Origin: Candidatus Gottesmanbacteria bacterium
GTDB lineage: Bacteria > Patescibacteriota > Microgenomatia > UBA10105 > UBA927
Length of the DNA stretch: 64,000 bases
Direction: 5' to 3'
Assembly: GCA_023245355.1 (NCBI GenBank)
Contig: JAHFKN010000001.1
Location: 139,528 to 203,527, forward strand
Positions 1 through 10,286 of the stretch are shown here, piece after piece; within the stretch, counting starts at the first letter, position 1, and each line of letters starts with the position of its first letter. The position numbers and the translations under genes were made by a program. The notes under the pieces are model-generated. The model had not been told where the DNA came from, made no database searches, and saw only the letters and a program-made list of their open reading frames with translations.

Positions 1-683
1 TTGGTAAACAGATTCGGAGCGAATCCTCCCTCGTACCCAACCGAGTAAACGGCATTTCTGTACTTTAGAATCTGCATCACGGATTTATATACACTGACTC
101 CGATATGAAGCGCTTCCGAAAATGCCTTGTTTGATGCGGGGATAATATGAAATTCCTGAAAATCCAGATTTCCGGCTCCGTGCTTCCCTCCGTTTATAAT
201 GTTAAACGTCGGGGTGGGGATGCGTTTTATTTCCGTCTCGACAAACGGACGGAAAAGCTGATTGATATACCGGTACAGCGGCACGCGGCTGGCATTGGCG
301 GAGGCAACTGCGACGGCCAACGAAACGCTTAAAATACTGTTGGACCCGAGATTGTGTTTATCCTGCGAGCCGTCCAGATCAATAAGCGCTTTGTCTATGG
401 CTCCCTGGTCAGTCGCGTCCATCCCCCTGATTTTGGATGCAATCGGGCCTTCGACATTGGCAACCGCTTTCAGCACTCCCATGCCACCATACCGCTTCTC
501 ATCGCCGTCCCGTAACTCGACGGATTCGTATTTCCCGAGCGACGTTCCCGCGGGTACGGATGCTACCCCCCTATATCCGCTTTCCAACACGACCATTGTT
601 TCGATCGTTGGATCGCCACGCGAATCCAGAATTTCCCGGGCTATCAGGCTATGTATTTTTGTGCTTGCTACCATAGGGAACAT
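1..683 (-). CDS. eno: Enolase (phosphopyruvate hydratase), N-terminal part; gene continues beyond window start
   Basis: Manual minus-strand translation from ATG (rc of 681-683): MFPMVASTKIHSLIAREILDSRGDPTIETMVVLESG...GKYESVELRDGDEKRYGGMGVLKAV...SNSILSVSLAVAVASA. This is the canonical enolase N-terminus (SRGxPT, LRDGD, LAV motifs). Not in the ORF track because it runs off the edge. Confidence 0.85.
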   Translation of the reverse strand, partial: MFPMVASTKIHSLIAREILDSRGDPTIETMVVLESGYRGVASVPAGTSLGKYESVELRDGDEKRYGGMGVLKAVANVEGPIASKIRGMDATDQGAIDKALIDLDGSQDKHNLGSNSILSVSLAVAVASANASRVPLYRYINQLFRPFVETEIKRIPTPTFNIINGGKHGAGNLDFQEFHIIPASNKAFSEALHIGVSVYKSVMQILKYRNAVYSVGYEGGFAPNLFT

Positions 684-2950
684 TATCTTTTTGACACCAC
701 CCGGTGTTCAGCAGCTGCGACCGTTGCACGGACATGATCGACTGCATCCGGATTGACTGACACGCTCGTAATCCCCCATGATACGAGCTTTTCGACGAGT
801 TCAGGATAATCCGACGGTGCCTGCCCGCACATCGATGTGGTCACGTTATATTTGGCACACGTTTTTATAACCTTTTCAAATGCCCACATAACCGAAGGGT
901 CCTGCTCTGAAAAATCATGCGCTACTTCGCTGTTATCCCGGTCAGTCCCCATGGTCAGCATCGTTAAATCGTTGGAACCGATGGAAACGCCGTCTATACC
1001 CACTTCCAGAAAATCTTCTATACGGATGACATTCGTCGGAATTTCTACCATCATCCAGAGTTTAAATGTCGATGACCGTGCAAGTCCGCTCGCCGCGACC
1101 ATTTTCTTCACTTCGGCAAGCTCATGCGGAGTACGCACAAACGGAATCATAATCCATAAATTTTTGTGCCCCATTTTATTACGGACAGTTTTTATGGCTT
1201 CCAATTCCAGTTCAAACACTTCAGGGTTGGCGATGTACCGCGCTGCTCCCCGAAATCCCAGCATGGGATTGGGTTCTTCCGGTTCAAAGGCCGCGCCTCC
1301 CTTGAGATTACGGTACTCATTTGTCTTAAAATCCGTTGTGCGGTATATGACCGGACGGGGTGAGAACGCTTCGGTAATAGTTGCAATCTGACCGGCAACC
1401 AGGTCGATAAACATCTGTTGTTTTTTGTCCGCGATTATTTTTTTCGGGTGGATTCCCACACTTGCCATGATAAATTCTGCCCGAAGAAGCCCGACCCCGT
1501 CAGCATCGAATTTACTCACTTCGCGGGCACGCCCTGCCTGAGCCAGATTCATATAGACTTTGGTCGCTGTTTTTACCCGTTCTCCGGGTCTGATTGACAT
1601 GGGTTTCGGTGCGGAAATGGAAACGGCCCCTTTGTAAATCTCTCCCGTACTGCCGTTTACGGTAATGACCACACCGTCTTTTAGCGTTTTCATGGCATTC
1701 GTCGTACCCACAACCGCAGGTATACCAAGTTCCCGTGAGACGATGGCAGCGTGCGACGTCCTGCCTCCGCGCTCGGTTACGATTGCAACCGCCTTTTTCA
1801 TCGCAGGTACGAAATCAGGATTTGTCATCTGGGCTACCAGGATGTCTCCCTGACGCACTTTGCCCAAGTCTTTGGGGCTGTAGAGTATCTGTACCGGGCC
1901 GCTTGCTATACCCGGGCTGGCGGCATCGCCTTTAAGGTATACCTCGTGTGTGCTGGAAATCGACTGTGAGGCCGTCGTCTGCTTGTTGCCAGTCGTGGTA
2001 ACGGGGCGTGTCTGGACTATATAGACCCGATTATCATCAATTGCCCATTCCACATCCTGAGGGAAGAAATAATGTTTTTCCAGCTTCTTTCCTAAGCGCG
2101 CCACTTCCAGTATCTGGGAATCCGTAAGCTTTGCTTTGGAGCCTTTTGCTTTAGGAATTATGCTTATGCTTGTTTTGACTCCCTTACGGGTCATTATTTT
2201 TTCCTGCGTGTTTATATCCTTTTCCAGAATTTTTTCCGACGCTTTGTCTACGACATAATGATCCGGCGTTACGGCGCCCTGCACGATCATTTCTCCCAAC
2301 CCGTAAATTGCATCCACGACTACTTTGCTTTTGTCATTTGTGACGGGATCCAGCGTAAACATGACGCCAGAATACTGCGACTGCACCATGCGCTGCACGG
2401 GAATCGCGATGCCGACTTTAAAGTGATCGAATTTATTGGTAGCCCGGTAGAATATTGCGCGGGCCGTAAATAAACTTGCCCAGGCCTCTTTTACTTTTTC
2501 CAGAAGATTTGCCTCGCCCTCCACATTGAGAAATGTAGCCTGTTGGCCGGCAAATGACGCAGTGGGTAAATCCTCGGCCGTTGCTGAAGACCGTACGGCA
2601 ACAAGCGGATGTTTAAGAAGCCCCCGTTCCAAATGAAAATATGCACGCATCACCTCGGTTGCGATATCTTTGGGAAATTGTGAGCGGGTAATTCTGCGCT
2701 GGATTTCAACGGAAGCATGCTCCAATTCCTTGCTGTTATTGACGTTTAAGCCCCGCAGCAATTCGGCTAAATCGTCCCGCAGTTTCGCTTCATCGAGGAA
2801 ATGAAAATATGCCTGCGCCGTCACGATAAATCCGTTCGGCACCGGAAATCCCGCCTTGGTCATCTCACCCAAATTCGCGCCTTTCCCTCCGACGATACCG
2901 ATATCTTCACGGTCTACATCTTTGAACCAGACGACGAATTTTTTAGCCAT
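683..2950 (-). CDS. ppsA: Phosphoenolpyruvate synthase (pyruvate, water dikinase)
   Basis: N-terminus MAKKFVVWF..VGGKGANLGEM (PPDK/PEPS ATP-grasp); mobile phosphohistidine domain GGRTSHAAIVSRELGIPAVVG; C-terminal PEP-utilizing TIM barrel. About 755 aa from the internal Met at 2950. The stop overlaps the eno start by 1 nt. Confidence 0.9.
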   Translation of the reverse strand: MAKKFVVWFKDVDREDIGIVGGKGANLGEMTKAGFPVPNGFIVTAQAYFHFLDEAKLRDDLAELLRGLNVNNSKELEHASVEIQRRITRSQFPKDIATEVMRAYFHLERGLLKHPLVAVRSSATAEDLPTASFAGQQATFLNVEGEANLLEKVKEAWASLFTARAIFYRATNKFDHFKVGIAIPVQRMVQSQYSGVMFTLDPVTNDKSKVVVDAIYGLGEMIVQGAVTPDHYVVDKASEKILEKDINTQEKIMTRKGVKTSISIIPKAKGSKAKLTDSQILEVARLGKKLEKHYFFPQDVEWAIDDNRVYIVQTRPVTTTGNKQTTASQSISSTHEVYLKGDAASPGIASGPVQILYSPKDLGKVRQGDILVAQMTNPDFVPAMKKAVAIVTERGGRTSHAAIVSRELGIPAVVGTTNAMKTLKDGVVITVNGSTGEIYKGAVSISAPKPMSIRPGERVKTATKVYMNLAQAGRAREVSKFDADGVGLLRAEFIMASVGIHPKKIIADKKQQMFIDLVAGQIATITEAFSPRPVIYRTTDFKTNEYRNLKGGAAFEPEEPNPMLGFRGAARYIANPEVFELELEAIKTVRNKMGHKNLWIMIPFVRTPHELAEVKKMVAASGLARSSTFKLWMMVEIPTNVIRIEDFLEVGIDGVSIGSNDLTMLTMGTDRDNSEVAHDFSEQDPSVMWAFEKVIKTCAKYNVTTSMCGQAPSDYPELVEKLVSWGITSVSVNPDAVDHVRATVAAAEHRVVSKR

Positions 2951-3057
2951 ATAATCAGTATGGGTAATTTGTATAAAAATCGCAAGTGCTATATTGCAAA
3001 AACGAACCCGGGAATTCCCGGCAAACATTGTGGCTGTCGCCCCGAAAAATCCGTCCG

Positions 3058-3975
3058 TTATCCGTTTGCCGGCACGATAACTTCAAACTTCTCCGGTTTA
3101 CCGTACGCCTTCGGACCGTAATCAGTGCAGAACCCCGTTATATGCTCTTTAAAATACTGGGGTTTAGCTCGTTGTATTTGTCCGCAAATGTAATATGTCA
3201 GACATTCAACAAACCCGAAACCTGCGGTAGCCGGCAACGGGATAAACCACCGGTGATCCTTATGGCCGAAATACGGATTTTCGTTACCGACGGAGATGAC
3301 CAGTTCGTTCTCCCACGGATGTACGAATTTGGCGTGGCGGGATATGCCTTGGGAATTAGCCCGAATCATGACATGCGGACCGAACAGTTCATCACGCTTA
3401 ATTTCCACCATAGGGGCAATTGATTGAAATGTATCCGGCAGCACAAATGCATAGGCATCGTACGAGCCGAAATTCGGCGGAAGGGAAACCGACTCAATAA
3501 ACTTTTTTATATCAGCAGGATTCTCGTGGCTGGCAGACAAAATCATTCCAAGATACGTGGACGTGTTATATGTGTACGGCTCGGCAATACTTTTGTAAGA
3601 ATATACCGTGTCCGAAATTTTTGCGGCGGACGATCCCGGCTTACAGGTAAGCAGTGTCGTTTTTAACCCAAGGGATTTCGCAAATTCAATCTCCCATACG
3701 GAATCCTTCTCGCCTGAGGCCGAGATCACGACCGTATCCCTGATCAGTTTCTGAGCTATCGCCTCCTTGTAGGCTTCTGCAAGTGCTTTGAAATTACTTT
3801 CATCGCCGATAATGGCGGCTCGTCCTGAAAAAATAATACGTCCCGTATGTGACGCGTTGCCGCTCCCGATAACGAACGGGTACGAAAAGCTGGATACGTC
3901 AAGTGACGGAGGCAACGAACCGGCAAAAAAATCAAGACTTTGCTTTACTATTTCATCCAATGTCGCTATTTCCAT
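3058..3975 (-). CDS. SIS-domain sugar-phosphate isomerase (possibly bifunctional PGI/PMI family)
   Basis: SIS-like motifs FVIGSGNASHTG and VVISASGEKDSV..AKSLGLKTTLLT. Start chosen at MEIATL, preceded by AAAGGAG. About 306 aa. Confidence 0.45.
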   Translation of the reverse strand: MEIATLDEIVKQSLDFFAGSLPPSLDVSSFSYPFVIGSGNASHTGRIIFSGRAAIIGDESNFKALAEAYKEAIAQKLIRDTVVISASGEKDSVWEIEFAKSLGLKTTLLTCKPGSSAAKISDTVYSYKSIAEPYTYNTSTYLGMILSASHENPADIKKFIESVSLPPNFGSYDAYAFVLPDTFQSIAPMVEIKRDELFGPHVMIRANSQGISRHAKFVHPWENELVISVGNENPYFGHKDHRWFIPLPATAGFGFVECLTYYICGQIQRAKPQYFKEHITGFCTDYGPKAYGKPEKFEVIVPANG

Positions 3976-4001
3976 AGTAGCTCCTTTCACTGATACTGAC
4001 G

Positions 4002-5189
4002 TTAATACGATATGAGTACCTCGGTGTTGCCAACTCCGGCCTGCAGCGTGTACTCTCCGCATGAGGCAGGAACGAACACGGAATGACCCTGACCTGCGCG
4101 GACGGAAACCGTACCGGAAATGACTTCAATTTCACCGCTTTTTACGAACAGATGACGGAATGTATCTATGGATTCCGTAAATTCAGCGTTCTTTGCCCGG
4201 AACCGAATTCTGTCCATGGAATAATATTTGGATTCCAGCAGCCGTTCATGAGAGAACGACGGGCTTTCCGATATCAGGACTGCGCTCCGCATATGGGTTT
4301 TCGGGTCATTTGCTGATTCCGACCGGTCTGCGTACGCAAAGTATTCCTCTATCTGGAGCGGACGCAAATTGCCGTCCCCGGACATTTTCCCCTTATCGAA
4401 ACTCCGGAGTGTTGCCACATCATCCAGAACATTGAGCTGTATTTCATACAGGACATTTCCCAACGGAATTGTTTTGAGATCCTCTTCCCAGGAATGATGG
4501 ATACCACAGGGTGACAAATCCAACAGCGTGCCGGGTTCTACCCTGACCAGATTGACGTATTGCCACGGATCGTATTGTTTAACTAAGTCAGTTATTTTTC
4601 CTTTGGCATCGTCATACGGCATCTTACCGTGGGCGACCGCACGCGCGATATCCTGCATGCGCGCCTCGAGCTCCAGCATCGCGTGTTTGTACGCCTCCCA
4701 GGACACGCCTTTTTTGACGCCGCATGTGATAAGTCCGGGTTCGAAGTAATACCATGATTCGGGTTTCGGTTTCCATTTCGGGTTCTGTATGCCGTCCGGA
4801 ATATGCAGTTGAAACGAATTGCCCAGCGCCTGCGTGTATTTGAGCAACAGATGCATAATCGGGCCGTATTCTTTTGCGATGCGGCTCCCTAACACTGCGG
4901 TTGCATCTTCCGAAATAAGACTCGCTATTGCAACGGAGTACTCAGGCGCGGATTGAACCGCAACCTGCTTGTTATCCGTTATTTCGCCGAAAAAACGCGG
5001 ATCACTGCTGGAAAGCGCCAATGACAGATTGCTTTTGTCGTATAACTCGTAGGATTGTCCGATTTTTTTCCCTGCAAGATCAGGCCTGTTTTGCCAGCCT
5101 TTGCTCTCTGCGATATATGTGCCTCCCCATGTGGGTTGCTCAATGAGCTTCGGAATGACCAGATACGGGCGTGTCAGATTACTCCTCAT
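4002..5189 (-). CDS. Class I mannose-6-phosphate isomerase-like (cupin) protein
   Basis: N-terminal PKLIEQPTWGGTY resembles type I PMI (ManA: ..P.FKE.IWGG..). ATGA overlap with the upstream methyltransferase stop if started at MRSNL. Confidence 0.5.
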   Translation of the reverse strand: MRSNLTRPYLVIPKLIEQPTWGGTYIAESKGWQNRPDLAGKKIGQSYELYDKSNLSLALSSSDPRFFGEITDNKQVAVQSAPEYSVAIASLISEDATAVLGSRIAKEYGPIMHLLLKYTQALGNSFQLHIPDGIQNPKWKPKPESWYYFEPGLITCGVKKGVSWEAYKHAMLELEARMQDIARAVAHGKMPYDDAKGKITDLVKQYDPWQYVNLVRVEPGTLLDLSPCGIHHSWEEDLKTIPLGNVLYEIQLNVLDDVATLRSFDKGKMSGDGNLRPLQIEEYFAYADRSESANDPKTHMRSAVLISESPSFSHERLLESKYYSMDRIRFRAKNAEFTESIDTFRHLFVKSGEIEVISGTVSVRAGQGHSVFVPASCGEYTLQAGVGNTEVLISY

Positions 5190-5878
5190 GGTTTTCTCCA
5201 AATAAGCCCCAGGATTCGCGGCATTTCCCCATCTTCCGATACTTCCTGCATTTGGTCAAGCCGGAGGGAACCTGAAAACGCATTGACATAGGCGGCTACG
5301 GTACGGTGATAGTAGGTAAGTTTCGCTTTCCCCCACAGGGAATGTTTTTCCCGTAATCCTTCAGAGAAATACGACGCGGATGTGATAAATTTGCTGTTTG
5401 TCTTCCCGACAAGTTCCTGTGCCCGCATAAACAGCGCGTGTCCGGGGTGATCCAGCACGACAATTGCCGTGCCGCCGGAGGCCAGAAGTGTCACGACGTT
5501 AGAAACCAAGCCGCCAAGCGACGGAAGATATTGCACCACCATATTACATATCACGACATCAGCCACTCCCGGTTTGAGAGCCAGAGGTTTCGTGATATCA
5601 GAAAGCATGAAAAAGGTAGAAGGCAGTACTTTCGTCCGGTTTTTCGCTTTTTCCAGAAGCTGTGCTGAATAATCTATACCGATATAGGAACCCGGAGAGG
5701 GCAATTTATTGTACAGATATCCGTTGCCGCATCCTAAATCGACGACGGTTTTTCCTGTCGTATCCCCGGCATGTGTCAGAATAAGCGGATCGATATATTT
5801 GGTATGCAGCGCGTCTCCGCCGTCACCTATGCGTTCATCTACCAAATCCGCATACTGATCCCACTGGTTAGTGCTCAT
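5186..5878 (-). CDS. Class I SAM-dependent methyltransferase
   Basis: SAM-binding motif I VVDLGCGNGYL; Rossmann-fold methyltransferase length (230 aa). Confidence 0.7.
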   Translation of the reverse strand: MSTNQWDQYADLVDERIGDGGDALHTKYIDPLILTHAGDTTGKTVVDLGCGNGYLYNKLPSPGSYIGIDYSAQLLEKAKNRTKVLPSTFFMLSDITKPLALKPGVADVVICNMVVQYLPSLGGLVSNVVTLLASGGTAIVVLDHPGHALFMRAQELVGKTNSKFITSASYFSEGLREKHSLWGKAKLTYYHRTVAAYVNAFSGSLRLDQMQEVSEDGEMPRILGLIWRKP

Positions 5879-5885
5879 GCGTCAT

Positions 5886-7304
5886 TTATTGCAGTGCGGC
5901 AGTGTTCACGCCGGACGAGAAATCCACTTCCGCAACGTTATGGAGGATATCCGAAACCTGTTTTTTCAGGATGTCGTACGCCTCCTGGGTTTTACCCTCA
6001 AATTTGACGGTAAGATAGGGCCCGTTCTGGCTGGCCCGCACGATTAACATCTCTTTTTCGGTATCCATGCGTACGCCGTCAATTTCCACATACGCCGCAT
6101 CGGGATAGAGTTTTTTGATCTCTCCGCCGATTTTTTCGCTGACTACAGCAAACTTCACCGCATCGGGGCATCCGACTTTTATCTCCGGACTGGAGACGTA
6201 CTGAGGCAATTCGTCGATAACCTGTGCCAGTGTTTTATCGACTCTGGTCAAATACGCCAAAAGCCGCAACGTGGCGATTGCTCCGTCATCATGGCCGTAA
6301 AAATTATCCATAAAGAAAAAATGTCCGGATAATTCTCCGCCGAACGGGGACCGTGCTTCGCGCACTTTTGCTTTGATAAACGAGTGTCCAGTCTTCCACA
6401 TCACGGGCGTGCCTCCGTGGCTGCGTATGACTTCATCAACCTGTTTGGAGCAAAGTGCGTTATAGACGATGTTGGCCCCCGGCAACGAGCCGAGCACATC
6501 GACAGCAAAGATCGACACGAGGACGTCATTCCAGATAAGTCGCCCCGTATGATCGACAATACCGATCCTATCTCCGTCACAATCATAGGAAAATCCCATA
6601 TCCGCTTTCTCTGCTAACACCCGTTTCGCAAGCCGTTCCTGCACGTCGTGCTCAGTCGGATCGGGTGTTCCCACCGGGAAATTTCCGTCGGGGGTGGTAT
6701 TCTGTTCGATGACCTCACACCCGAATGTCCGCAGAATATCCGGCAGATATATGCCGGTAGTCGCGGCACATGAGTCTACAACGACTTTAAAGCGCTTAAT
6801 CGTGTCTGTGCGGCGCTTCAGATCGTCGATATACTCCTGTTTTATGTCTTTTTGGATCACAACACCCTTAGGGCTTCGGGTAACGAACTTTCCGGATTTT
6901 ACGAGATCCCGGAGATCAATAATCTCCTCCGATAACATCGTCTCCGAAAAACCCATTCCGAACTTAAATCCGTTATATTCTTTCGGATTATGCGACGCGG
7001 TAATCATCACGAGCCCTTTGGTGCGGAAGAAATAGCCGGCAAAGTACGTAATCTGTGAAAGCGTCATGCCGATATCATACACGGTAATTCCTGAGTCAGT
7101 AAGCCCTTTTACCATCGCATCGCGGAATTCCGGACTTGAAAGGCGGCAGTCGTACCCGACAACACAATCATAAATCCTCCGCTGCAACAGCCAGGTGGCG
7201 TAGCCTCTCGCCAGGAGTTCGACGCGCTCGGCATCCAGTTCGCTTCCGACTAACCCCCTCAAGTCATATCCACGAAACACATGATCCGGTATTTGGGTTG
7301 CCAT
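5886..7304 (-). CDS. Phosphohexomutase (phosphomannomutase/phosphoglucomutase)
   Basis: Active-site phosphoserine loop ITASHNPKEYNGFK (TASHNP); Mg-binding DCDGDR; 472 aa. Confidence 0.85.
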   Translation of the reverse strand: MATQIPDHVFRGYDLRGLVGSELDAERVELLARGYATWLLQRRIYDCVVGYDCRLSSPEFRDAMVKGLTDSGITVYDIGMTLSQITYFAGYFFRTKGLVMITASHNPKEYNGFKFGMGFSETMLSEEIIDLRDLVKSGKFVTRSPKGVVIQKDIKQEYIDDLKRRTDTIKRFKVVVDSCAATTGIYLPDILRTFGCEVIEQNTTPDGNFPVGTPDPTEHDVQERLAKRVLAEKADMGFSYDCDGDRIGIVDHTGRLIWNDVLVSIFAVDVLGSLPGANIVYNALCSKQVDEVIRSHGGTPVMWKTGHSFIKAKVREARSPFGGELSGHFFFMDNFYGHDDGAIATLRLLAYLTRVDKTLAQVIDELPQYVSSPEIKVGCPDAVKFAVVSEKIGGEIKKLYPDAAYVEIDGVRMDTEKEMLIVRASQNGPYLTVKFEGKTQEAYDILKKQVSDILHNVAEVDFSSGVNTAALQ

Positions 7305-7315
7305 AATGCCTCCTT

Positions 7316-8005
7316 TTAGAGTTTGATAATGAATTGCTCCAATAATTGCGCAAGCGTAAACGGAGTGGCGCCCGTTTTTATCGCGATGTCGATAGCCAGA
7401 AGTTCTTCATGCATAGCGACGAGTTGTTCAATCGTAAAGTGTCTCGCCTGTGCTGTCAAGCGACCTGCCTGCCAGCTCTGCAGCCCGTCGGGAGTTATGT
7501 GATCCGCCAATTGAATAAGCTGGCGCACGCGCCGCACAATCAGGACAAATACAACCTCAGCTGCTTCGTGTGCTACCGTGTCCGAAAAATACGCCAGTGT
7601 CGTTTTCGCATTGCCCGGCCGCAGGCTGTCCAGAAACTGAAACAATATGACAGGGGTCTTAAAAAGAAACACGGAAGCGGCAGAACCGAGTTTCGCAAGC
7701 GTTGTTTTATCAATCTCTTTCTCTTCATACAGGATAATGTCAGCGGATGAACTTGCGTCCAGAATTTTCGAGAGGGTAGACGCAAACGCTTTTTCGCGTT
7801 TCTTGGCGCTACTTATAAATCCTTCTATGATGACGCATACGTCAGTACCAAACAGCGACGAAGATTCCAGTGCGACGACGAGCGACGTCGGGTCTATATG
7901 CTTGCCGTCTATTTCCCGTACCTCGCGGTTCTTGACCGCCGCTTTGAGCTCGGTAAGCTTTTTCCGTGCCGATTCCGGCTGATCTCCATGCAGTACGTAC
8001 AACAT
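7316..8005 (-). CDS. holA: DNA polymerase III delta subunit-like (short)
   Basis: N-terminal MLYVLHGDQPESARKKLTEL resembles the holA N-terminus (YLLYGEE...). 229 aa is short. Confidence 0.45.
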   Translation of the reverse strand: MLYVLHGDQPESARKKLTELKAAVKNREVREIDGKHIDPTSLVVALESSSLFGTDVCVIIEGFISSAKKREKAFASTLSKILDASSSADIILYEEKEIDKTTLAKLGSAASVFLFKTPVILFQFLDSLRPGNAKTTLAYFSDTVAHEAAEVVFVLIVRRVRQLIQLADHITPDGLQSWQAGRLTAQARHFTIEQLVAMHEELLAIDIAIKTGATPFTLAQLLEQFIIKL

Positions 8006-8011
8006 AATGAT

Positions 8012-8401
8012 TTATTTTCTGCTGCTCATCGCCTCTTTGTATGCCTGAAACAGCCGTTCAACCGTCCGGTGATCGATGTAGGTGTGTCTCCCCCGGTGGG
8101 GAACAAGCGCGCCGGAAAAGTTTTTCGGAATATGCATAAGCTCATGGATAATGACTCGCGTTTTATCATCGTCGGATAAATGATCAAAATGATGGCTCAA
8201 TACCTCGATGACATAATGTGCGGGCAGATGCAGTGCCTGCTGCCAGATCTTGGGGAAGCTCCATATGCGCGCTCTCGCTCTGCTGGTGGCTCCCGTACTG
8301 CGCATACAGACAACGCGCTTCGGATCCACCTGTCCGAATAGCCGGGTTTTCAGCACGGATTTCATGATCTTCGTCACATCTGGTGCGAGCGTTATATCCA
8401 T
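8012..8401 (-). CDS. Putative zinc metallopeptidase-like protein (HExxH)
   Basis: C-terminal VIIHELMHIPKNFSG..HRG motif. Start trimmed to MDITLAP to avoid overlap with the NUDIX gene. Confidence 0.35.
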   Translation of the reverse strand: MDITLAPDVTKIMKSVLKTRLFGQVDPKRVVCMRSTGATSRARARIWSFPKIWQQALHLPAHYVIEVLSHHFDHLSDDDKTRVIIHELMHIPKNFSGALVPHRGRHTYIDHRTVERLFQAYKEAMSSRK

Positions 8402-8406
8402 AATTA

Positions 8407-8838
8407 TTACGCGCTTTTGCGTCCAGGGAGTTTTGTATATGCCTGTTCTAAAAGCGGCACGTTCGTTTTCGGATACCCGATCATACGTTCTGCGTGTTTC
8501 CATTCAACCCATTGTGCCTCGGAAATCCCCTCCTCAACCTGCACATGCGGCGTCTGCAGCGTCTTACTCCTGAACAGGAAATAGTGCACGGTTTTTTTAA
8601 TCGACTTTTTACGGAAATACCAATACATTGTGGGGGTAAGTTCCGCCACATACGTTAGGTTGTTTAATCCCACCTCTTCTTCGATTTCCCGGGTTGCAGT
8701 ATCCAAAAGATGCTCTCCCTTTTCAATTTTTCCCTTCGGAAACGTCCAGTTACCGCTCTGATCTTTCATGATCAGTACGCGCCATGAACCGGTTCCTTTA
8801 TATACGATGATGCCTCCTGCAGAAACCTCTGTATTCAT
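8407..8838 (-). CDS. NUDIX hydrolase
   Basis: Nudix box GKIEKGEHLLDTATREIEEEVGL (Gx5Ex7REUxEExGU). Confidence 0.85.
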   Translation of the reverse strand: MNTEVSAGGIIVYKGTGSWRVLIMKDQSGNWTFPKGKIEKGEHLLDTATREIEEEVGLNNLTYVAELTPTMYWYFRKKSIKKTVHYFLFRSKTLQTPHVQVEEGISEAQWVEWKHAERMIGYPKTNVPLLEQAYTKLPGRKSA

Positions 8839-9092
8839 TCTGTCGTAAGTAAATAAAGCTCGTCGCCCGGCTTTACCGGCTCGTTTACCTGTATGCCGCA
8901 GGACTCTCCGGGTTCGACTTTCAGCACTTTCGCATGTTCTATCTGCATAGATGTAATAATCTGATTAAATTCCTTGTCGTGGCCGGATATTTTTACCGTA
9001 TCACCGACTTTCAGCGACTGATTCATGACTTCTATGACGGCAACCTGCAGCTTGTCATAGTAGTGAGTGACTCTGCCTATCTGTATATCCAT
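8835..9092 (-). CDS. Small beta-barrel protein, EF-Tu domain-2-like
   Basis: 85 aa with VGDTVKISG..VKPGDELYLLT, resembling translation-factor domain 2 barrels. Stop/start overlap with the neighbouring genes. Confidence 0.35.
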   Translation of the reverse strand: MDIQIGRVTHYYDKLQVAVIEVMNQSLKVGDTVKISGHDKEFNQIITSMQIEHAKVLKVEPGESCGIQVNEPVKPGDELYLLTTE

Positions 9093-9099
9093 GTCATAA

Positions 9100-10278
9100 T
9101 CACCCCTTCCTATTGTAATACCTCTTGCCTTTCAGTTTGTCGGGCAACAAGCTTTCGCTTGTGTATGCCTGATATCCGCTGCCGTATCCTAGGTTTTTCA
9201 TAAGTGTGGTCGGGGCATTCCGGATGACGAGCGGAATCGGAAGATTGCCGTACTTTCTCACGTCATCAAGCGCTGCAAAGTACGCATCATAACTACTGCG
9301 GTCTTTTTTCGCAAGGCAAAGATATACAACGCCGTGCGCCAGGTTTTCCTGGCACTCGGGATACCCGATCTTATGACACGCATCGAACACCGCGTTTGCC
9401 ACCACCAGGGCTGTCGGCTGAATAACTCCGATATCCTCTGACGCAAATACGATCATGCGCCTCGCAATAAACAGCGGATCTTCGCCGGCCGCTACCATAC
9501 GGGCAAGATAATACAATGCCGCATCGGTGTCGCTTGCCCGCATGCTTTTGATAAACGCGCTTATCGTGTTGTAATGCTCATCGCCTACCCGGTCGTACTG
9601 GAGCATTTTGCGCTGTGCGGCTTCCTCTATGTCTTTAACGCTTATCTTTTTACCTTTAACGATTGACGCGGCAATTTCGAGTGTTGTAAGGAGTGCACGG
9701 GCGTCCCCGTTTGCCACCTCCAGTAAAAATTTCCTGCCCTCCCTGTCTATGGTCTTTTTCACATAGGTAAGGCCCGTATCTAGAATTTTTGTAAGTGCGC
9801 CTTCGTCCAAGGGCTTTAATACCAGCACGCGACAGCGGGATAACAGTGCACTGATGACTTCAAAAGACGGGTTCTCCGTGGTCGCGCCGATAAATATGAT
9901 GGTCCCTTTTTCGACGTGCGGCAGTAGGGAATCCTGTTGGGCTTTGTTAAATCTGTGGATTTCATCGATGAAAAAGACCGTACGTTTGCCTGATGTATCG
10001 AGGAGTTTTTGTGCGTCGGCAACTATGGCGCGAAGCTCTGAAAGCGTCGTATTGACGGCGGATCTGGAGACAAATTCAGCATCGCTAAGATGTGCCAGTA
10101 AATACGCCAACGTCGTCTTCCCACTTCCGGGCGGACCCCAAAACACCATAGACGGCAGAAAATCAGCACGCAGGAGTTTCCGAATGATGCCTGACGGCCC
10201 GACTAAATGATCCTGACCGATAACGTCATCAAGCGAACCGGGACGGAGAATTTCAGCTAAAGGACGGCTGTCTGCCAT
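9100..10278 (-). CDS. rarA: Replication-associated recombination protein A (AAA+ ATPase)
   Basis: Walker A GPPGSGKTTLA; DEIHRFNKAQQDSLLPHVE; C-terminal MgsA domain. Start at MADSRPLAEILRP avoids overlap with metK. Confidence 0.85.
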   Translation of the reverse strand: MADSRPLAEILRPGSLDDVIGQDHLVGPSGIIRKLLRADFLPSMVFWGPPGSGKTTLAYLLAHLSDAEFVSRSAVNTTLSELRAIVADAQKLLDTSGKRTVFFIDEIHRFNKAQQDSLLPHVEKGTIIFIGATTENPSFEVISALLSRCRVLVLKPLDEGALTKILDTGLTYVKKTIDREGRKFLLEVANGDARALLTTLEIAASIVKGKKISVKDIEEAAQRKMLQYDRVGDEHYNTISAFIKSMRASDTDAALYYLARMVAAGEDPLFIARRMIVFASEDIGVIQPTALVVANAVFDACHKIGYPECQENLAHGVVYLCLAKKDRSSYDAYFAALDDVRKYGNLPIPLVIRNAPTTLMKNLGYGSGYQAYTSESLLPDKLKGKRYYNRKG

Positions 10279-10286
10279 GCTGGCCA

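Noticed and set aside
147-756. Plus-strand ORFs 147-332, 262-756 and 437-676
   Set aside because: They lie antisense to a well-supported enolase reading frame, and the translations are Ser/Pro/Leu-rich nonsense typical of antisense frames.
8402-8503. N-terminal extension of ORF 8012-8503
   Set aside because: Overlaps the 3' end of the NUDIX gene in another frame; the internal Met at 8401 removes the overlap.
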